From: Lama guanicoe
Taxonomy: Eukaryota
Reading direction: 5' to 3'
Length of the DNA: 64,000 nucleotides
Assembly (NCBI GenBank): GCA_013239625.1
Contig: MU054400.1
Location: 2,578,282-2,642,281 of the forward strand
How positions within the stretch are numbered: position 1 is the stretch's first letter; every line of letters begins with the position of its first letter. The notes beneath the pieces are model-generated. The model was given only the letters and a program-made list of their open reading frames with translations, had not been told where the DNA came from and did not search any database. Both the position numbers and the translations under genes were made by a program. Shown in pieces: positions 26,479 to 39,745 of the stretch.

Positions 26479-26969
26479 CTTTGTTGACACATTTTGAATT
26501 TTTAGGCCATTAGAACCTAACTTACCCACTACTGGTGTGGAGTTCAAGTTAGTAGGCTTAAAAATCAGTTAGTAATTACAATAGAAGCTAAAGTAATTAA
26601 GTATGTAATGTGGAGTACCCCAAGTGTCTTCCACTAAAATTACATCTAAAAACTGCAATATTCTGAAGGCTGCCAACAAAAAGACAATATGTATTCCTGA
26701 CTTTCTTCTAAGTCATGTCCAACTGTCATTAACCACTGGGGACCCTCTGGATCACCTCTGTTATACATCAGACATCCATACGGCTCACACACATTGGATT
26801 TCTGCCTCCCCTCGCCACACGGGAGGTTCCTAGAGCACATCCAATTGTCCGGGTCACTCGCACCCTGAGTACACAGCATACACCCACAGAGCGGGGCTGG
26901 TGGTGGAGGGATCAGTACACCCTTGTTGAAAGAAACAGAGGGTCACTGATGAAGAAACGCCAGACATTT

Positions 26970-27137
26970 AGAACTGGAATAGACCCGAAAGATGAAATAG
27001 TCTGCTGATCTCATTTGCAGGTAAGAAAACTGGCCCTTGATGGTTAAGTGATTTGCCCACGTCCAAACAACTTGTTAGGGGCAGATTCAGAACTGGAACC
27101 CCGGTCTTCTGGTAGGTCCAATCTCTCCACTGTATCA
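26970..27137 (-). mobile_element. MIR (MIR3/MIRc-like)
   Basis: CATTTGCAGGTAAGAAAACTGGCCC...GGTTAAGTGATTTGCCCACGTC. Confidence 0.75.
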
Positions 27138-29384
27138 GGTTATCGTACAGGTGGGGCTGGGGATCAATGAAGAGCAGCTCGCATTGTTTAATGCCAGTTT
27201 GGAACAATGAAAACAGAGTAATGAGCCATGTTAGCACAAATAGCAAAAGGCTGCTTTTGCCTCTGTGCTAAGTGTTTGACCTGTAATAATAAAATGCTCA
27301 CTTTGTCCTAGATCTTTGGACACAGCAGTGACATAATTCTGACTGCATTATTCCTCGCTGGTCCAGGGGAAACATTCTAAGAGGCTTATTCTGATAGTGA
27401 AGATTGTGCATCTATTCTTTTGTCCTTCTGCTTGTTAACATTGACAAATTAGCTAGAGGGAGTCAAGTAGCCCTACAGATAGTTTAGAAGGGCATGGCTA
27501 GATGGACAGACCTATGGGTGAACAGATAGATAATCAAAAGGATGTTTTATGTACAAAAAGAAATTTGTCCCTGTACAGACAGTCCCTTCGTGCATCTTGT
27601 CCTAGACATGGCAATAGGCTTCCTTCAAGATGTTACTGCCTGTTCATAAAATAGATTAATATCTAAAGAACTAAGATTTTTACTCTTCATATAAAATATC
27701 AGATAAAGCTATTATTCTCACTTTGGCTGGGAATGGCCCTTAGTATTTGGAAATAATAATACACACTATATGCTTATTTAGTACAGATAGAAACCCTTTG
27801 GGCTGCATGTAGACTAGGTTGCCAAGAACTTTCAGAATAAGGATGATTAGGGGAGGGGCTCAGTTGAGTCTGGAGACTCTGGCCCAGAGCTAGGAATTGC
27901 GTGTCCCTCCGGCTGTGCGTGCTCCAAGCTCCAGCAGCTTCGACTCCAGGTTCCTGGGCTGGACCAGCACTGGGAGCCTCTGGACGGAGGCAAGCTCAGG
28001 AGACAGGGGTTAGGGTACCCCAGAAGTGAATTCAGGTCCTGCGTTTTCCCAAGGTAGTTTCCTGACTTTCTGCATGGCATCTCCCCAATGTTCATTTGCT
28101 TCAAGGACTTTGGCAACCAGATTAGGCCCCCAAATCGTAGAGTGAAACTCATAAAGTGTATTTACCACAAATCCTTGCAAGGGAAACTCTAAGAGATAAT
28201 AAAACTCCTCTCTGATTAGAAAGTCATGTTCTTTGCTTCATACTGACAAGCTTTTGAACACAACATCTCCCTTCCATCTTGGCCTTTAGGACGTAGTAAG
28301 TGTCATCCAAAGGTCTTTTGCTTTTCCAATTATTCGAACTTGGTCTTACTCAGAAATGTTATATGAAAGTGCATATCCTTGGAACTTATTCGTGTTTGGT
28401 CTGCTCACAGCTAATTTAAGAAGGCTGAGCTGAGAGTTACTTTCTGAAGGCACAGATACTCCTGCAGAGGGACAGCGGAGGAGGACTGCCCTGTGCTCAG
28501 GGCAAACGAGTGCCTGGGGCCAAAGAGGGGCTTTCCTGTAGGGGACCCACTCATGCTTCTCTGACTTTGCAACTATGGTCCAAGGACTTTGACAGTGAGG
28601 AAGAAATGAGTAACATTAATTGGTGGGAAGGGATGAGCAGAAGGACTGAGAGACTGGTATCAACCATTTAGATGTTTGCTAGAAAGTTCATTTGGCTGGC
28701 AGCAGAGCAATCCATACATTTCTGACCTGTCTTACTAAAACATTTCAGAAGATAGAGGCTGTCCAAAGGTGCACATCAGGGAATATGTAGGGACTAGGAG
28801 AAGGGGCAAAAGTCAAATAAACGAATGAAGTAGGCAGGATGTAACAACTGGGAGTGATGGAGAGAGGCAGATGGAAAAAGTATTTCCTGTCGAAAAGAGG
28901 TAGATGCTTCTCAGTTCCAGACTTGCAGCATCTTTCCAGATCTTCTGAATTTGCTGAGGAAGTTAGAAATCCAGACTTCTATGTAAAATCTTTTCTTTTA
29001 AACAAATTTTTGACCAATTAAACCGCACACTTCTGGGCCCCAGATCTGGCGAAGGCCAGCTGGTGTGCACCCCTGCACAGTTAGTTTCTGAAGTTCAACT
29101 CCGTCCAGTCTTTGAAAATCAGGAGAGTTGGGGGCTGGAGTGCCCCTTGGGAGAGGCCAAGGATGGAGGACAGCTGTCACCAGAGGCATGTTCACCTGAA
29201 TCCCATGTGTGTACTTTGGACACAGCTAGTTGAGTAATCGGTGTCCTGTCCCCAAGTCAGCAAGAGCTGAGCCTACTTTGTGGGCTGAGTAATGTCATTT
29301 GAGGACAGGAGAAAAAGCAGACAACTCAGCTCCCCATTGTCCTCTCATCTTCTTTTTGCCTCATCATCTCCTGTTTTAAAAAAA

Positions 29385-29912
29385 ATTAAGTATAGTTGAC
29401 TTACAGTGCTATGTTAATTTCTGGTGTACAGCATAGTGATTCAGCCATATATATATATGTATGTATGTATTTATATATATGTGTGTATATATATACATAC
29501 ACACACACACAGAAGTATATATTCTTTTTCATAGAAGCTTTCGTAGAAGATTGTTGTTTATCTATTTTACATATGGTAGTTTATATCTGCAAATCCCAAA
29601 CTCTCAGTTTATCCCTCCACCCCCATTCTTCCTCCGGGTAATCATAAGTTTGTTCTGTATGTCTGTGAATCTGTTTCTGTTTTATAAATAAGTTCATTTG
29701 TCTCATTTTTTTAGATTCCACAAATAAGTGATATCATATATTTTTCTTTCTCTTTCAGTCTTATTTCACTAGAATGGCAATCTCCAGGTCTATCCATGTT
29801 GCTACAATGGCATTATTTTATTCTTTTTTATGGCTAAATAGTATTCATATATATATATATATATATATATATGGTATATATACATATATATATACCACAA
29901 CTATTTTATCCA
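29385..29912 (-). mobile_element. L1 3' end including degenerate ORF2 C-terminus, with internal TA/TG microsatellites
   Basis: AAGTATAGTTGACTTACA...TTAGATTCCACAAATAAGTGATATCAT...TCCATGTTGCTACAATGGCATTATTTTATTCTTTTTTATGGCT. Confidence 0.92.
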
Positions 29913-29949
29913 ATGGCTAGACTAGGTCAGTCTATTAGCTCATGGTTTT

Positions 29950-30050
29950 GTTTCATTTTTTAATTGAATTATAGTCAGTTTACAATATTGTATTAATTTC
30001 TGGTGTATAGCATAGTGATTCAGTTTTTTATGTGTGTGTGTGTGTATAGT
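29950..30050 (-). mobile_element. Very short L1 3' end
   Basis: TTGAATTATAGTCAGTTTACAATATTGTATTAATTTCTGGTGTATAGCATAGTGATTCAG. Confidence 0.85.
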
Positions 30051-30670
30051 CACAAGTTCATGTTTCTAATGACTCTTTAAGAATACAGTGAAGTATGTGA
30101 ATTTTAAAATCAGTATTTAGTTAAGCTAAGGATATAAACTACTTTGGAAATAGAGCAGAGCCAGGAATATAAAGGAGTTTGGGAAGGGGACCCCTACTAA
30201 CGGCCTCCCAAATTCCTTTCCACTACTCTCCGATTATTAGACAACAAAAATATACGTACTAGTTTACATTTGAATTCTATCAAAAAAGAGGAGTCTAATA
30301 GTAACTGAATTGGAAGAATCTAAACAGTTGTTTGCAGCATACTCATTGCTTTCATTTTATATTGTTTCCATAGCTTTCCGACATGATCGTTTTTAACCAA
30401 TAACAAACAAAAATAAATGAAAACGGAAACGATTTTGTTAAAGGCGCAGAGGCATATTTGCATTTGCTGTCACACATGGTACTTCCTGGGTGGATCGGTC
30501 TAAATCAGAAAGTCATGACCATCGCTCTTTCCCTTTAAGGCTCACTGCTTCAGAATCATCTCAGCCATAAAGTGAGGCTGTCCATTCCTTCTCATTTTGG
30601 TCCAGATTTGTTACAACCCAGCTTATTTGCGCCACTTAAAATGCTTCTTCTCTGTTTTTTTTTTTTTTAA

Positions 30671-30804
30671 GTTTATTTATTTTGTGGGGGAGGCAATCAG
30701 GTTCATTTGTTGAGTTATTTGCTCTTAGAGGTGGTACTGGGGATTGAACCCAGGACCTTATGCATGCTAGGCATGCACTCTACTACTTGAGCTATATCCT
30801 CCCC
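30671..30804 (-). mobile_element. Camelid tRNA-derived SINE (Vic-1 type), second copy
   Basis: Reverse complement reads GGGGAGGATATAGCTCAAGTAGTAGAGTGCATGCCTAGCATGCATAAGGTCCTGGGTTCAATCCCCAGTACC; flanked by similar TCT(G)TnAA tracts as probable TSD. Confidence 0.92.
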
Positions 30805-31867
30805 TCTTTTTTTTTTTTTAAACGAGCTTATCTGCCAGTGTTCCTCTTGAATGGACAGCACAGTAATCAAGAATTTAGGATTAGTGACAAAAGACAGTTG
30901 AAAATGCAAAACTGCAATATCCTAAGGGGAGAAAAGCTACATATGCCTACTCTGATGGTTTGTTAAAATGCTATTTGTCTTTGAAATAACTTCTTTCTGA
31001 AAAAGTTTATAATATATGATGTGTTAGAAAGGTGAACATTAAAAAATGTATTTACATATACATATATTTACATTTTATTACATATACAAATGTGTGTATA
31101 TAACATAAAATTAGTCCATGACAGCTCACTGTTTCTCAATCTGAATGCTGTCCATTGCTCTCAGCCAATGAGCTAATGTGATACAGACCCTACTGATACT
31201 CTTGACCAATGGTTGTTAGTGTCCCATCCTGTGATCTCTCTCTGCCAGTGAGCACACGCTCTTGGTATCCAGAGTTGTCTGTATTTTGTCATATGTGTTA
31301 TTTACTTTCCTATCTCCCTTTCTTCCATTGATATGTAGTCTCCTGGGTGTTTTCTATCCACTCTGGCTGATAAAATTTGTGCAAGTCATTCAAGATTTGA
31401 AAATACAAATTTTATAGCAACTCTAGGATTCTTCAAGAAAATGGTCAAGAAAACGTTAGAAAACAGGGCTTCAAGACCCATCAAGGTCTTTTCAAGATTT
31501 ATCTAGCCAAAACAAGGCTTAACTTTTATTATAAAAGTGAAGCCACAAAACCTATAAATAGATATGCATTCCCAAGTCAGATATTCACAGTCCTGGATCA
31601 AAATAGGAAAAAGTTCTTCCAGCTGGGACTGCAAAAAAAGTAGCTGCGTAATTGCCAACTACAATTCTAATTTAAGAGATTGTGAGTGTGAAATTACAGA
31701 GTTTTCCCTTGATCAGCTCAGTCTGATTACCAGATCCTCCTGCTCCATGCATGTTGTGCTCTGTGACTACAACCACACCACTTATATCTTTTTGGCACAG
31801 TGTGTGCACTGGGCTTGCTCACTGAGTTAATCAACAATTGTGTTTTCTTAATTTTTTTTCAGATGTA

Positions 31868-32351
31868 TTTTTTATTGAGTAATAATCATTTTACAATGTT
31901 GTGTCAAATTCTAGCGTAGAGCACAATTTTTTCAGTTATACATGAACATATATATATTCATTGTCACATTTTTTTTCACTATGAGTTACCACAAGGTCTT
32001 GTATATATTTCCCTGTGCTATATAGTATAATCTTGTTTATCTATTCTGCATTTTAAAATCCCAGTCTGTCCCTTCCCACCCCCTACCCCCTTGGCAACCA
32101 CAAGTCTGTATTCTATGTCTATGAGTCTGTTTCTGTTTTGTATGTATGTATGTATGTATGTATGTATNNNNNNNNNNNNNNNNNNNNNNNNNNNNNNGGT
32201 ATTTTTCCTTTCTGGCTTACTTCACTTAGAATGACATTCTCCAGGAACATCCATGTTGCTGCAAATGGTGTTATGTTGTCAGTTTTTGTGGCCGAATAGT
32301 ATTCCATCGTATAAATATACCACTTCTTCTTTATTCAGTCATCTGTTGATG
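31868..32351 (-). mobile_element. Young L1 3' end with ORF2 C-terminal remnant
   Basis: ORF 32119-32307 translates MEYYSATKTDNITPFAATWMFLENVILSEVSQK, the conserved L1 ORF2p C-terminus; followed by L1 3'UTR. Confidence 0.95.
32168..32197. other. Assembly gap (30 N) next to a (TATG)n tract
   Basis: Direct read. Confidence 1.
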
Positions 32352-32939
32352 AATTTAATTAAACTTGGATTTCAGAACACTGTTTCACTTGAGATATTTG
32401 CACATGCTAGCAAACTAACAAACCTAAAGAAGTAAAAATTGCTTTTCCCCTTTCTAACTGCTTATTCAGCACCTTTCTCTTCTTGCACTAAGTATAGTTA
32501 ACACAGAGAAACATACATAAGCATTAAAAATGCACAAAAATACTTAATAAGGAACTGGTATTACAATTTGCCAGTTTTCTCTATCCCCTTTTGATGCAGA
32601 AAATAAAACATTATACACCTGCCATTCACTTCTAGATGGGAGCAGGTCAGCCAGCACAGCCTGACTATTAAAAGATTAATTGAGTGGCCTGTTTGTTTAG
32701 ATAGTCTCTCAAGGTCATTAACAACTTCTCCTTTGACAAATTCTTTTCTCTGACCTCACTTTGTGGATCGCCGCTGAAGCACTGGATGGTTCTCCAGTCT
32801 CCCTTCTAATACGCTTGCGTGACCCCGCAGTTTTCTGGTTCCCTTCCAACATCTCTGTCTGTTCCTTCTGCAGTCTTCTTCATGAGATCCTCTTCTCCCA
32901 CCAGTAACTTATATCTAGATGCTTCCTGAAAGAGAACAT

Positions 32940-33345
32940 GTTAATGGCCTGATTATTCTCCCCCACCCTGTATTCATACTCTTTGCCATGTGTCTGTGAA
33001 ATTCTTCCCAGTGAAGACAGGGAGTATATTTCCCTTATCCTTAGCTGTGGGTTCAGGCATGTGATTTTTTGGACAAATTCAAGGTTAATGGACATGACAT
33101 GGGATCCTTGGGTGACTGGGCTTGCCTTCCTGTGCCTCGGCTGTTGCCATGGGAAGAACATGCCCAGGCTAGTCCTGGTCCCAGGAGAGTCAACCTGCTG
33201 GTGCCAAAAGAAGGATCAGAGACACTAGAAACAGAGCTCAGCCAGGGGCAGCTGACCGCAGATCCATGGAGAATAAATGACTGCTGCCTTAGCCACCGGC
33301 TACTGAGATGGCTTGTTATGCAGCTCTGTAGGAGGCGACGGACAC
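32940..33345 (+). mobile_element. Old MaLR LTR (MLT1I/J-like)
   Basis: GCCATGGGAAGAACATGCCCAGGCTAG...GAGAATAAATGACTGCTG...GGCTTGTTATGCAGC. Confidence 0.7.
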
Positions 33346-33519
33346 AGTAGACATAGAGAATGATTCACTGATTACTCCTTGAGACTCCGTGATCCTCCAT
33401 TACCAAACTGGGCTTTTAGCTGATGGTCTAGGGGTTAAGCTGATCTGTTGTCTGATAAAAATAAATAAATAATAAAATGCAATGATAAATAATATGATTA
33501 TTAATAAGTTAAATAATAA

Positions 33520-33690
33520 ATGATAAATAAGCTATCATTTTTAAAGCTCCTACTGTGTTTCAAGGGTCTTGCTAAGAACTTTACATGCATTATACTTGAA
33601 ACTCATAATTTTCCAGAAATAAAAGATAGGATTATGCTTAATTATAAAGGTATAAACTGAGGCTCAGGGAGGTAAAGTGACTTATCCATA
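33520..33690 (-). mobile_element. MIR
   Basis: TGCTAAGAACTTTACATGCATTA...AAACTGAGGCTCAGGGAGGTAAAGTGACTTATCCA. Confidence 0.8.
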
Positions 33691-33699
33691 CCCTCGAAA

Positions 33700-33856
33700 T
33701 AAGGATTGGTTCTCTCCTAGAGATATTGGAGAGAGTGTGGCCCTGTCGATACCTTAATTCTGTACTTTTGCCTTCAGAACTATGAGACAATACATTTCTG
33801 TTTTTTTAAGTTATGTAGTTGGTGACATTTTGTTACAGCAGCCCTACAAAACGAGT
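33700..33856 (+). mobile_element. MLT1C/D-like LTR 3' fragment
   Basis: GTGTGGCCCTGTCGATACCTTAATT...CTTCAGAACTATGAGACAATACATTTCTG...TTTGTTACAGCAGCCCTA. Confidence 0.8.
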
Positions 33857-34205
33857 AGGTGGGGCTCAAGTCAAGGTGATAATAATGCCACGTTCCTTTT
33901 GGAGAATCGAGGGTAGAGCCCATCCCTTTCTTTTTCCAGCTTCCAGAGGCTGCTTGCATTCCTTGGCTCTTGGCCACATCACTCTCATGTCCACTTTCAT
34001 TGTTATATCATTTCGTCTTCCTCTCCTGTCCTGCCCCCCACTCCCATTATGCAGACTCTTGTCATTACATTGGACCTATCTGGATAACCCAAGATTCTTA
34101 ATTTAAACACATCTGCGAAATTCCTTTTGCTGTGTCAGGTAACATATTCACAGGTTCCAGATATTAGACATGGACATATTTGGGAACTATTATTCTGCCA
34201 CCACA
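33857..34205 (-). mobile_element. MLT1C/D-like LTR 5' portion
   Basis: TTCCAGCTTCCAGAGGCTGCTTGCATTCCTTGGCTC...GGTAACATATTCACAGGTTCCAG...ATTATTCTGCCACCACA. Confidence 0.85.
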
Positions 34206-34620
34206 AGAGGTGGTCCCAGGAAGCAGGAATGGGGGAGAAGGGAGTGAGACAGACAGAAAGAAAAGCCAATATAAGAGTATATCCCCTGGAAGCAACAGGG
34301 GATAGATTCTGGCAGGATCTCCTGATTCACCTACCGAACGTCCCCAGCATTTCCTACCTGGGCAATGGGCAGCTGGGGCATTTATTCCATGGCCTCCTCC
34401 CCCTTTAGTTGAGGCCTGTTTATGGGAACGCTGGTTTCCCCGCACTTCTGGGCTGCATTTTCATGTTGGCTGGGGAAGCTACCATGACACCAGAGAAAAC
34501 CAGGGCTTGTGGTGGGAGATTTCAGGCTTGTCTAGAACTATCACTATCCACTAAAACTCTGGATGAAATCAGAGATGGGCCAGGGATATGTGATGCAAGA
34601 CACAAAGGCATCAGCTTCAA
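34206..34620 (-). mobile_element. ERVL LTR16-like relic
   Basis: GAGGTGGTCCCAGGAAGCAGGAATGGGGGAGAAGGGAGTGAGACAG...AAAAGCCAAT. Confidence 0.55.
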
Positions 34621-37346
34621 GGCGAATGCTCAATGCGGCTTGCCAAAAATCCGTATACTATCCAGCACACATTTCCCTGGCAATTGATTAGAATTTGAGA
34701 TCGAATTTTAAGTAACAGCCCTAGCCTATTTCTAATCTGCTACCATAAAACTATGTGTTTTTTGTTCAACAAATAGGCTCAAAGGGCTGTTATCTAACAT
34801 GACCATCTCACTGAAGGCTCAGGGCAAGGTTTGCCATGGAGCTAAGGGGCAAGTTTGCTTTTAAGAGGATGAATATTATCAGTGTCAAGCATTAGACAGC
34901 ATCAGGTCAGAAAACAAGTTGTGTGTGTGTGTGTGTGTGACCAGGAAAGGGTCACAGAGGCAGACACAGTGGGAAGACATTTGCCAGGTAGACCAGAAGT
35001 TCATTCTAAGAATTGAATTTCTGGCTTATTGAAATTCTGTCAAAGAATTCAGTCTAAGAAAAACAAAGATTTTAACCCAGATTCTCTAGTTACAAATCCT
35101 CTCCTCTTTTCTCTACTCCAGAGTGAGGGTCGAGAGGAGAATGTTCATACTTATCAAGGATAGGTAGGCAGTGTTCAGCCCTCCTCTGTCTGCTCTTGGC
35201 AGGAGAAGGGCAGGGCAGGCTTCCAGCTGTACTAAGGGTCTTCCACAGAGGAGAAGGCATCTGGAGGAGAGGCAGGCTCCCAGTGACCAGGACCAGATGA
35301 GCAGAAGAAGAGCTGGATTTTCCTGCAGGCTCAATGTTGTCAGGCATCGTGCCCTCGCCCCAGGTACCCTCTGATGCAGGATCTTGGTGAATGAGCTCTC
35401 TAAGATGACATTTGACTGTTCTCGCTCTGTTCTTCGGAGACAGCTTGCCTGTCTGTCTCTCCTTCTCCCAGGTTTTGCAGCTCTCTGTGGATGTTTTTCC
35501 ACTCAGTGTCTGTAATCCTTTTTTTCCTCAACTCTATTCAGCAAGATCCAAAGCTATTTATTTTTCTAGATGTGTCCTGAACAGAAGCCTCTGACCTTTT
35601 GCTCATACTTTGGACATTTTGATTACCTTTCCTGCCAGCTAGTTTATCACAGAGGTTCAAGCCCTGTTCTCCCCCACATTGCCTGATACCTTTCCTCGCC
35701 AAAACCTTGGGTGTTTTGCGGGAGTCATACAGCCAAAGAGTTCAGGTCAAGCACCGCAGCAGCTTCCTTTTCCCAGCTGTTCTCTTCTAAGTCCCCTGAC
35801 TGCGGTTTCACTGACTTTCCTTCTTGTCATTTCCAGGGGAGCATTAAACAATCTTTTTTGGAAACCAGTCCAAACCCAAGGTCCTAGTCTCCAGTAGTGG
35901 AAAGAGCATTCTATTTCATGCAAAATTCTGGTTTGTTGAAATTTTGTAAGGAAATCTTTGTCAGTCTAAGAGCCATTGTGCACCGTCAGATTCCTCCTAG
36001 CTATGAACACTTGTTCAGTCTTGTAGAAACAGCTAGAGTCAGGTGGAAAGGTAATATGACTTCGGAGCCCCCATTCCCAGTGACCATGCTAAACCCAGTC
36101 TACCTACTACACTCTGGGGACCAGAGGAAATGTCTCCTTAGGGAATCACAGAAAAATTAAAAGCCACATTGAATTAGTAGCCTGGGGCTGCTATGTCTGG
36201 CTTCTCCACAGCCCTGCCAACTGGCCACGTGGGTGAGAGGCCCACAATTAACATGGGGTTTAAAGTCAAATCAAGGAGGAAGTGTTTTTAGTATTATTGT
36301 GCCGTTTCATTTGTCCAGAGAACCTAATAAAGCGGCACATCAGCACATCTGAAAATCAGAAAAACAAATTAAAGGAGAAACGAAACACCAGGCTGGAGCT
36401 TGAACTCAGCCTTCCAGGGCTAGACCGTAGTTATTCTAGAATTAGGAAACTGTGCCTTTGAACTTGAGTCCTTGGACACAGCATACTTTCCAAGATCATT
36501 TCTTCCTGTGCTACATTATTTAGTAAAGTTTTTGTTTTAGATGATGCTAACCTGTCTCAGCGGAACTGAAGAGCACAGAGGGAAAAGACCGGACCTTGAA
36601 AGAGGGAATATGATTCCTTGGAGGCTGAGTGTGATGGTAGCAGGAGGGATGGGAATGAGAGAAGTGAAGTTGGGGGGCCACTGCCTGTAGCCATCACCTT
36701 CTGGGGAGGACCTTTCTAAAGCTCTTCGCATCAGAAACAGCGGCCCAACTGGTGATGGTGGGAGATGGCTTCTTTGAACAAGGGGTTGTCCCCTTGTTGT
36801 AGCTGTGGTTAATGGACACACCTCTTGGTGGATCTGTTCAGTAACAGTCTCCAGAAACCCATGTGGTTTCTGGCTAATGTTAGTGCCAGAAGCCTTTTAA
36901 ATTTGTTGGTAACAGAGGCACGGAAATAGCCACTGGCCAACCACCCTAGCCAAGTAACACTTAACACTGACAAGTAAAACAGCAGCTGGTTTCATTTTGT
37001 GAGTTCCCAAAGTGCTTCCCGAGGATCATAGGCAATGAGCGTGGAAAATTGTTAAGGCTCTGTAATTATTTCAGTGCCACCCATTTGGGAATTAGCTGCT
37101 CCACCATGAATTACAAACCCTTCAAAGACTTGAGGACAGTACCCGGAAGCGTAAAGACTCCATCACACAGCCCGAGGAACAAGGACCTTTCTGAAGCTCC
37201 TCTGGTGGCATCTTACTTGGATCACTCCTTGACCCCACATTCTCTCAGCAAATTGTGACCATAAGCTGCTGCGGGTTCTTACAAGTGTTTGTCAGAAATC
37301 ACGTAAGTGCTTTCTTGCTAAATGTTTCTAGTGTTTTTGGTGTGAA

Positions 37347-38218
37347 TGTTGCGATAAATTAAAGATGGCCACACATTCTTTACTCTTCCTACCTTTGAGA
37401 GGTGGAGTCCAATTCTCCTCCCCTTGAATCTCAGCTGAACTTGATGACCTGCTTGACCAATAGGATGTGGTGGAAATGGTGTTCTGGGAACTTTGAGACT
37501 AGATCCCAAGAAGCTTTACAATGTCTACCTGGATTTCTTGGAATACACTCCTGGGAGCCCCACCCCACCATGCAAACTAGACAGCTACTGGGAGGCTGCT
37601 TTGCTGGAAAGACCGCATGTAGGCAGTCTGGTAGATAGTCCCAGTTGAACCCTTCCTTCTAGATATGCCTGCCAGGGTGCATGACTAGTAGTGAGTGAAG
37701 CCTTCTTGGAGCCTTCAGACCAGCCCATCACAAGCTGTACACCACCAAGTGTTACTGAGTCCAAACTCATTCTGCTCCCTGCACGACAGGCCAGTAAATC
37801 GGGAAATGAGGTGTTGGGGCAAGGAATAATTACTTTATTTGGAAAGTCAGAAGACCAAGAAGATGGGGGACTAATGTCCTAGGGAACCATCTTACCCAAG
37901 TCAGAATTGAGGCTCCTTTTATACTAAAAAGGCGGAGGAGGTGTGGTTGCTTGTTGCAAACTTCTTGGTGTCAGAATCCTTTGTCCTTGCTGCTGTCCAC
38001 GTAGGTCAGGTCATGATGTTCCTGTAATCCTCCAACAAGACAAATGTTATTCTCTGTTCTTCAACTAAAAAAAAAATCTCTATATGAATAGAAAAGTGTT
38101 ATATCCTTAAAAATCAAAAACTTCTGACCCACAAAATCTCATGCTATAGTAAAAGGGTTGCCCCTTAAGCTATTGAGTTTTGGGGTGGTTCATTACACAG
38201 CAATAAATAACCAGAACA
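37347..38218 (+). mobile_element. MaLR LTR (MLT1G-like) split by a younger LTR
   Basis: AAAGATGGCCACACATTCTTT...GAGAGGTGGAGTCCAATTCTCCTCCCCTTGAATCT; 3' end resumes at ~38117 with CTGACCCACAAAAT...CAGCAATAAATAACCAGAACA. Confidence 0.85.
37750..38115 (-). mobile_element. ERV1-type LTR (partial) nested in the MLT1G
   Basis: Ends in ...AGTAACA on the minus strand; TATAAAA (37917-37923) and AATAAA (37834-37839) in LTR order on the minus strand; unrelated to the MLT1 flanks. Confidence 0.7.
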
Positions 38219-39745
38219 ATTATCTAATCAGCTATAAATTCCTGGAAATTAGTGGATTTTACTTCCTTTTATTTTCATTACAACTGTTCTTTCCCAACAC
38301 TTAACTTCACTGTTATCCACCAAAATACCTTGCTATGCACTAAAGAGAAACCTAATCAAGTTTTCTGAACTAAATGTATTTTAGTCTGGCTCTTCCTGTT
38401 TTATTAAACTCTAAGAAAATCCCTCATTTTTATAGTGAAGAGATTCATTTCAGATCCAAAAAAAAAATCTGATTTAATTTGCTAATTTCCTATGTATTTT
38501 AGATGATCAGTTCATGGGTTTAATATTTCCCTTATCATCTTCACAATGACTTCCTACTAAAAGGAAATGTGACTTTTATTTACACTGCACTTCATTTGCA
38601 TTATTTGGGACCATTTGAAAGCCAAGTCTGATGGCTGACCACAACACAATGAAGGTAGAGATGAATAACAAGAAGATAGCGAATGTGACCAAAGTAATGT
38701 CTGCTTTAGGGACTTTAATAAGATTTCCTTTGCTACTCAGCATGTTGTAAGCACTCAATAAATGGTAGCAACTATTGATATTAAAGACATATATAATTTT
38801 CAAATCCAGTTTAAGCTCAGCAGGAGTTAACTTAAGCTAGTATGTTGAGTTCAAAATCTCAGAGCCAAAATGCCAAGAAATATGATGTTGGGCTAAGCCC
38901 GTGCACCTTCATCAGAAAATAGGCAAGGTTTCTGCTCAGCTTTTTGAAATATGATAAATAGCAGGAGAATCCATCTGTAAACCCCAACTAGGAATCACTA
39001 AGACAGACTCAGCCTTGCAAATGGGGAAACCAAATTCCAAAGGTACTACTTCCAGGACTCCATCCACTCATGCTGCCACTCTTGAAACAAGCCTGAGTGA
39101 TCCTGTTGTTTAGACAACAAAGGAAGGGAAGGGGGAAGAAATGTTCTCCTGAACTCTGCTTTTATCTTAGAGATGATGGCAGAGCATTGGAATAGACTTT
39201 GTTCTTCACTTTTGCAATGTACCAGATCAAGAACTCAGAGTATGTATTTTAGAAGCATAGGAACCTTCTATAAGATTTCTTCCAGCTGTGCCCTTAGACA
39301 TCCAGAAAATATTTGAGGCCTGGGTCTCCTATGAACACACATCTTCTATAACAGGAAATGTAATTTATGAAAAGGAAATATTAATTGGCATCTAGGCTGT
39401 ATCTTAGGCTCTAGATTTAGGCACCATGGCAATATATTTTATCCTCTAGCTATAGTGTGGGATCCTAGAGCATCAAAATTTGCAATCTTATTATTGTACA
39501 CTCAAATAATATATTCCCAAATATGCAGGCGGTTTTCCCCCGAAATCATCCTGAGGGATCACTATAGATCTTTTATTCTAGTCCTTATAAATTCTTTCAT
39601 ATTCTAGGGGTACTCCTTCAGTTACTTTATTTTTGGCAAAACCATATTAACCTGACCAATTTCAGTACATGGTAGTTTAGCTGCTGAGAGAGGTTACCTC
39701 ATGAAATTTATTTTTACAAAAAGGAGAAAAAGAAGGGAAGAATAT

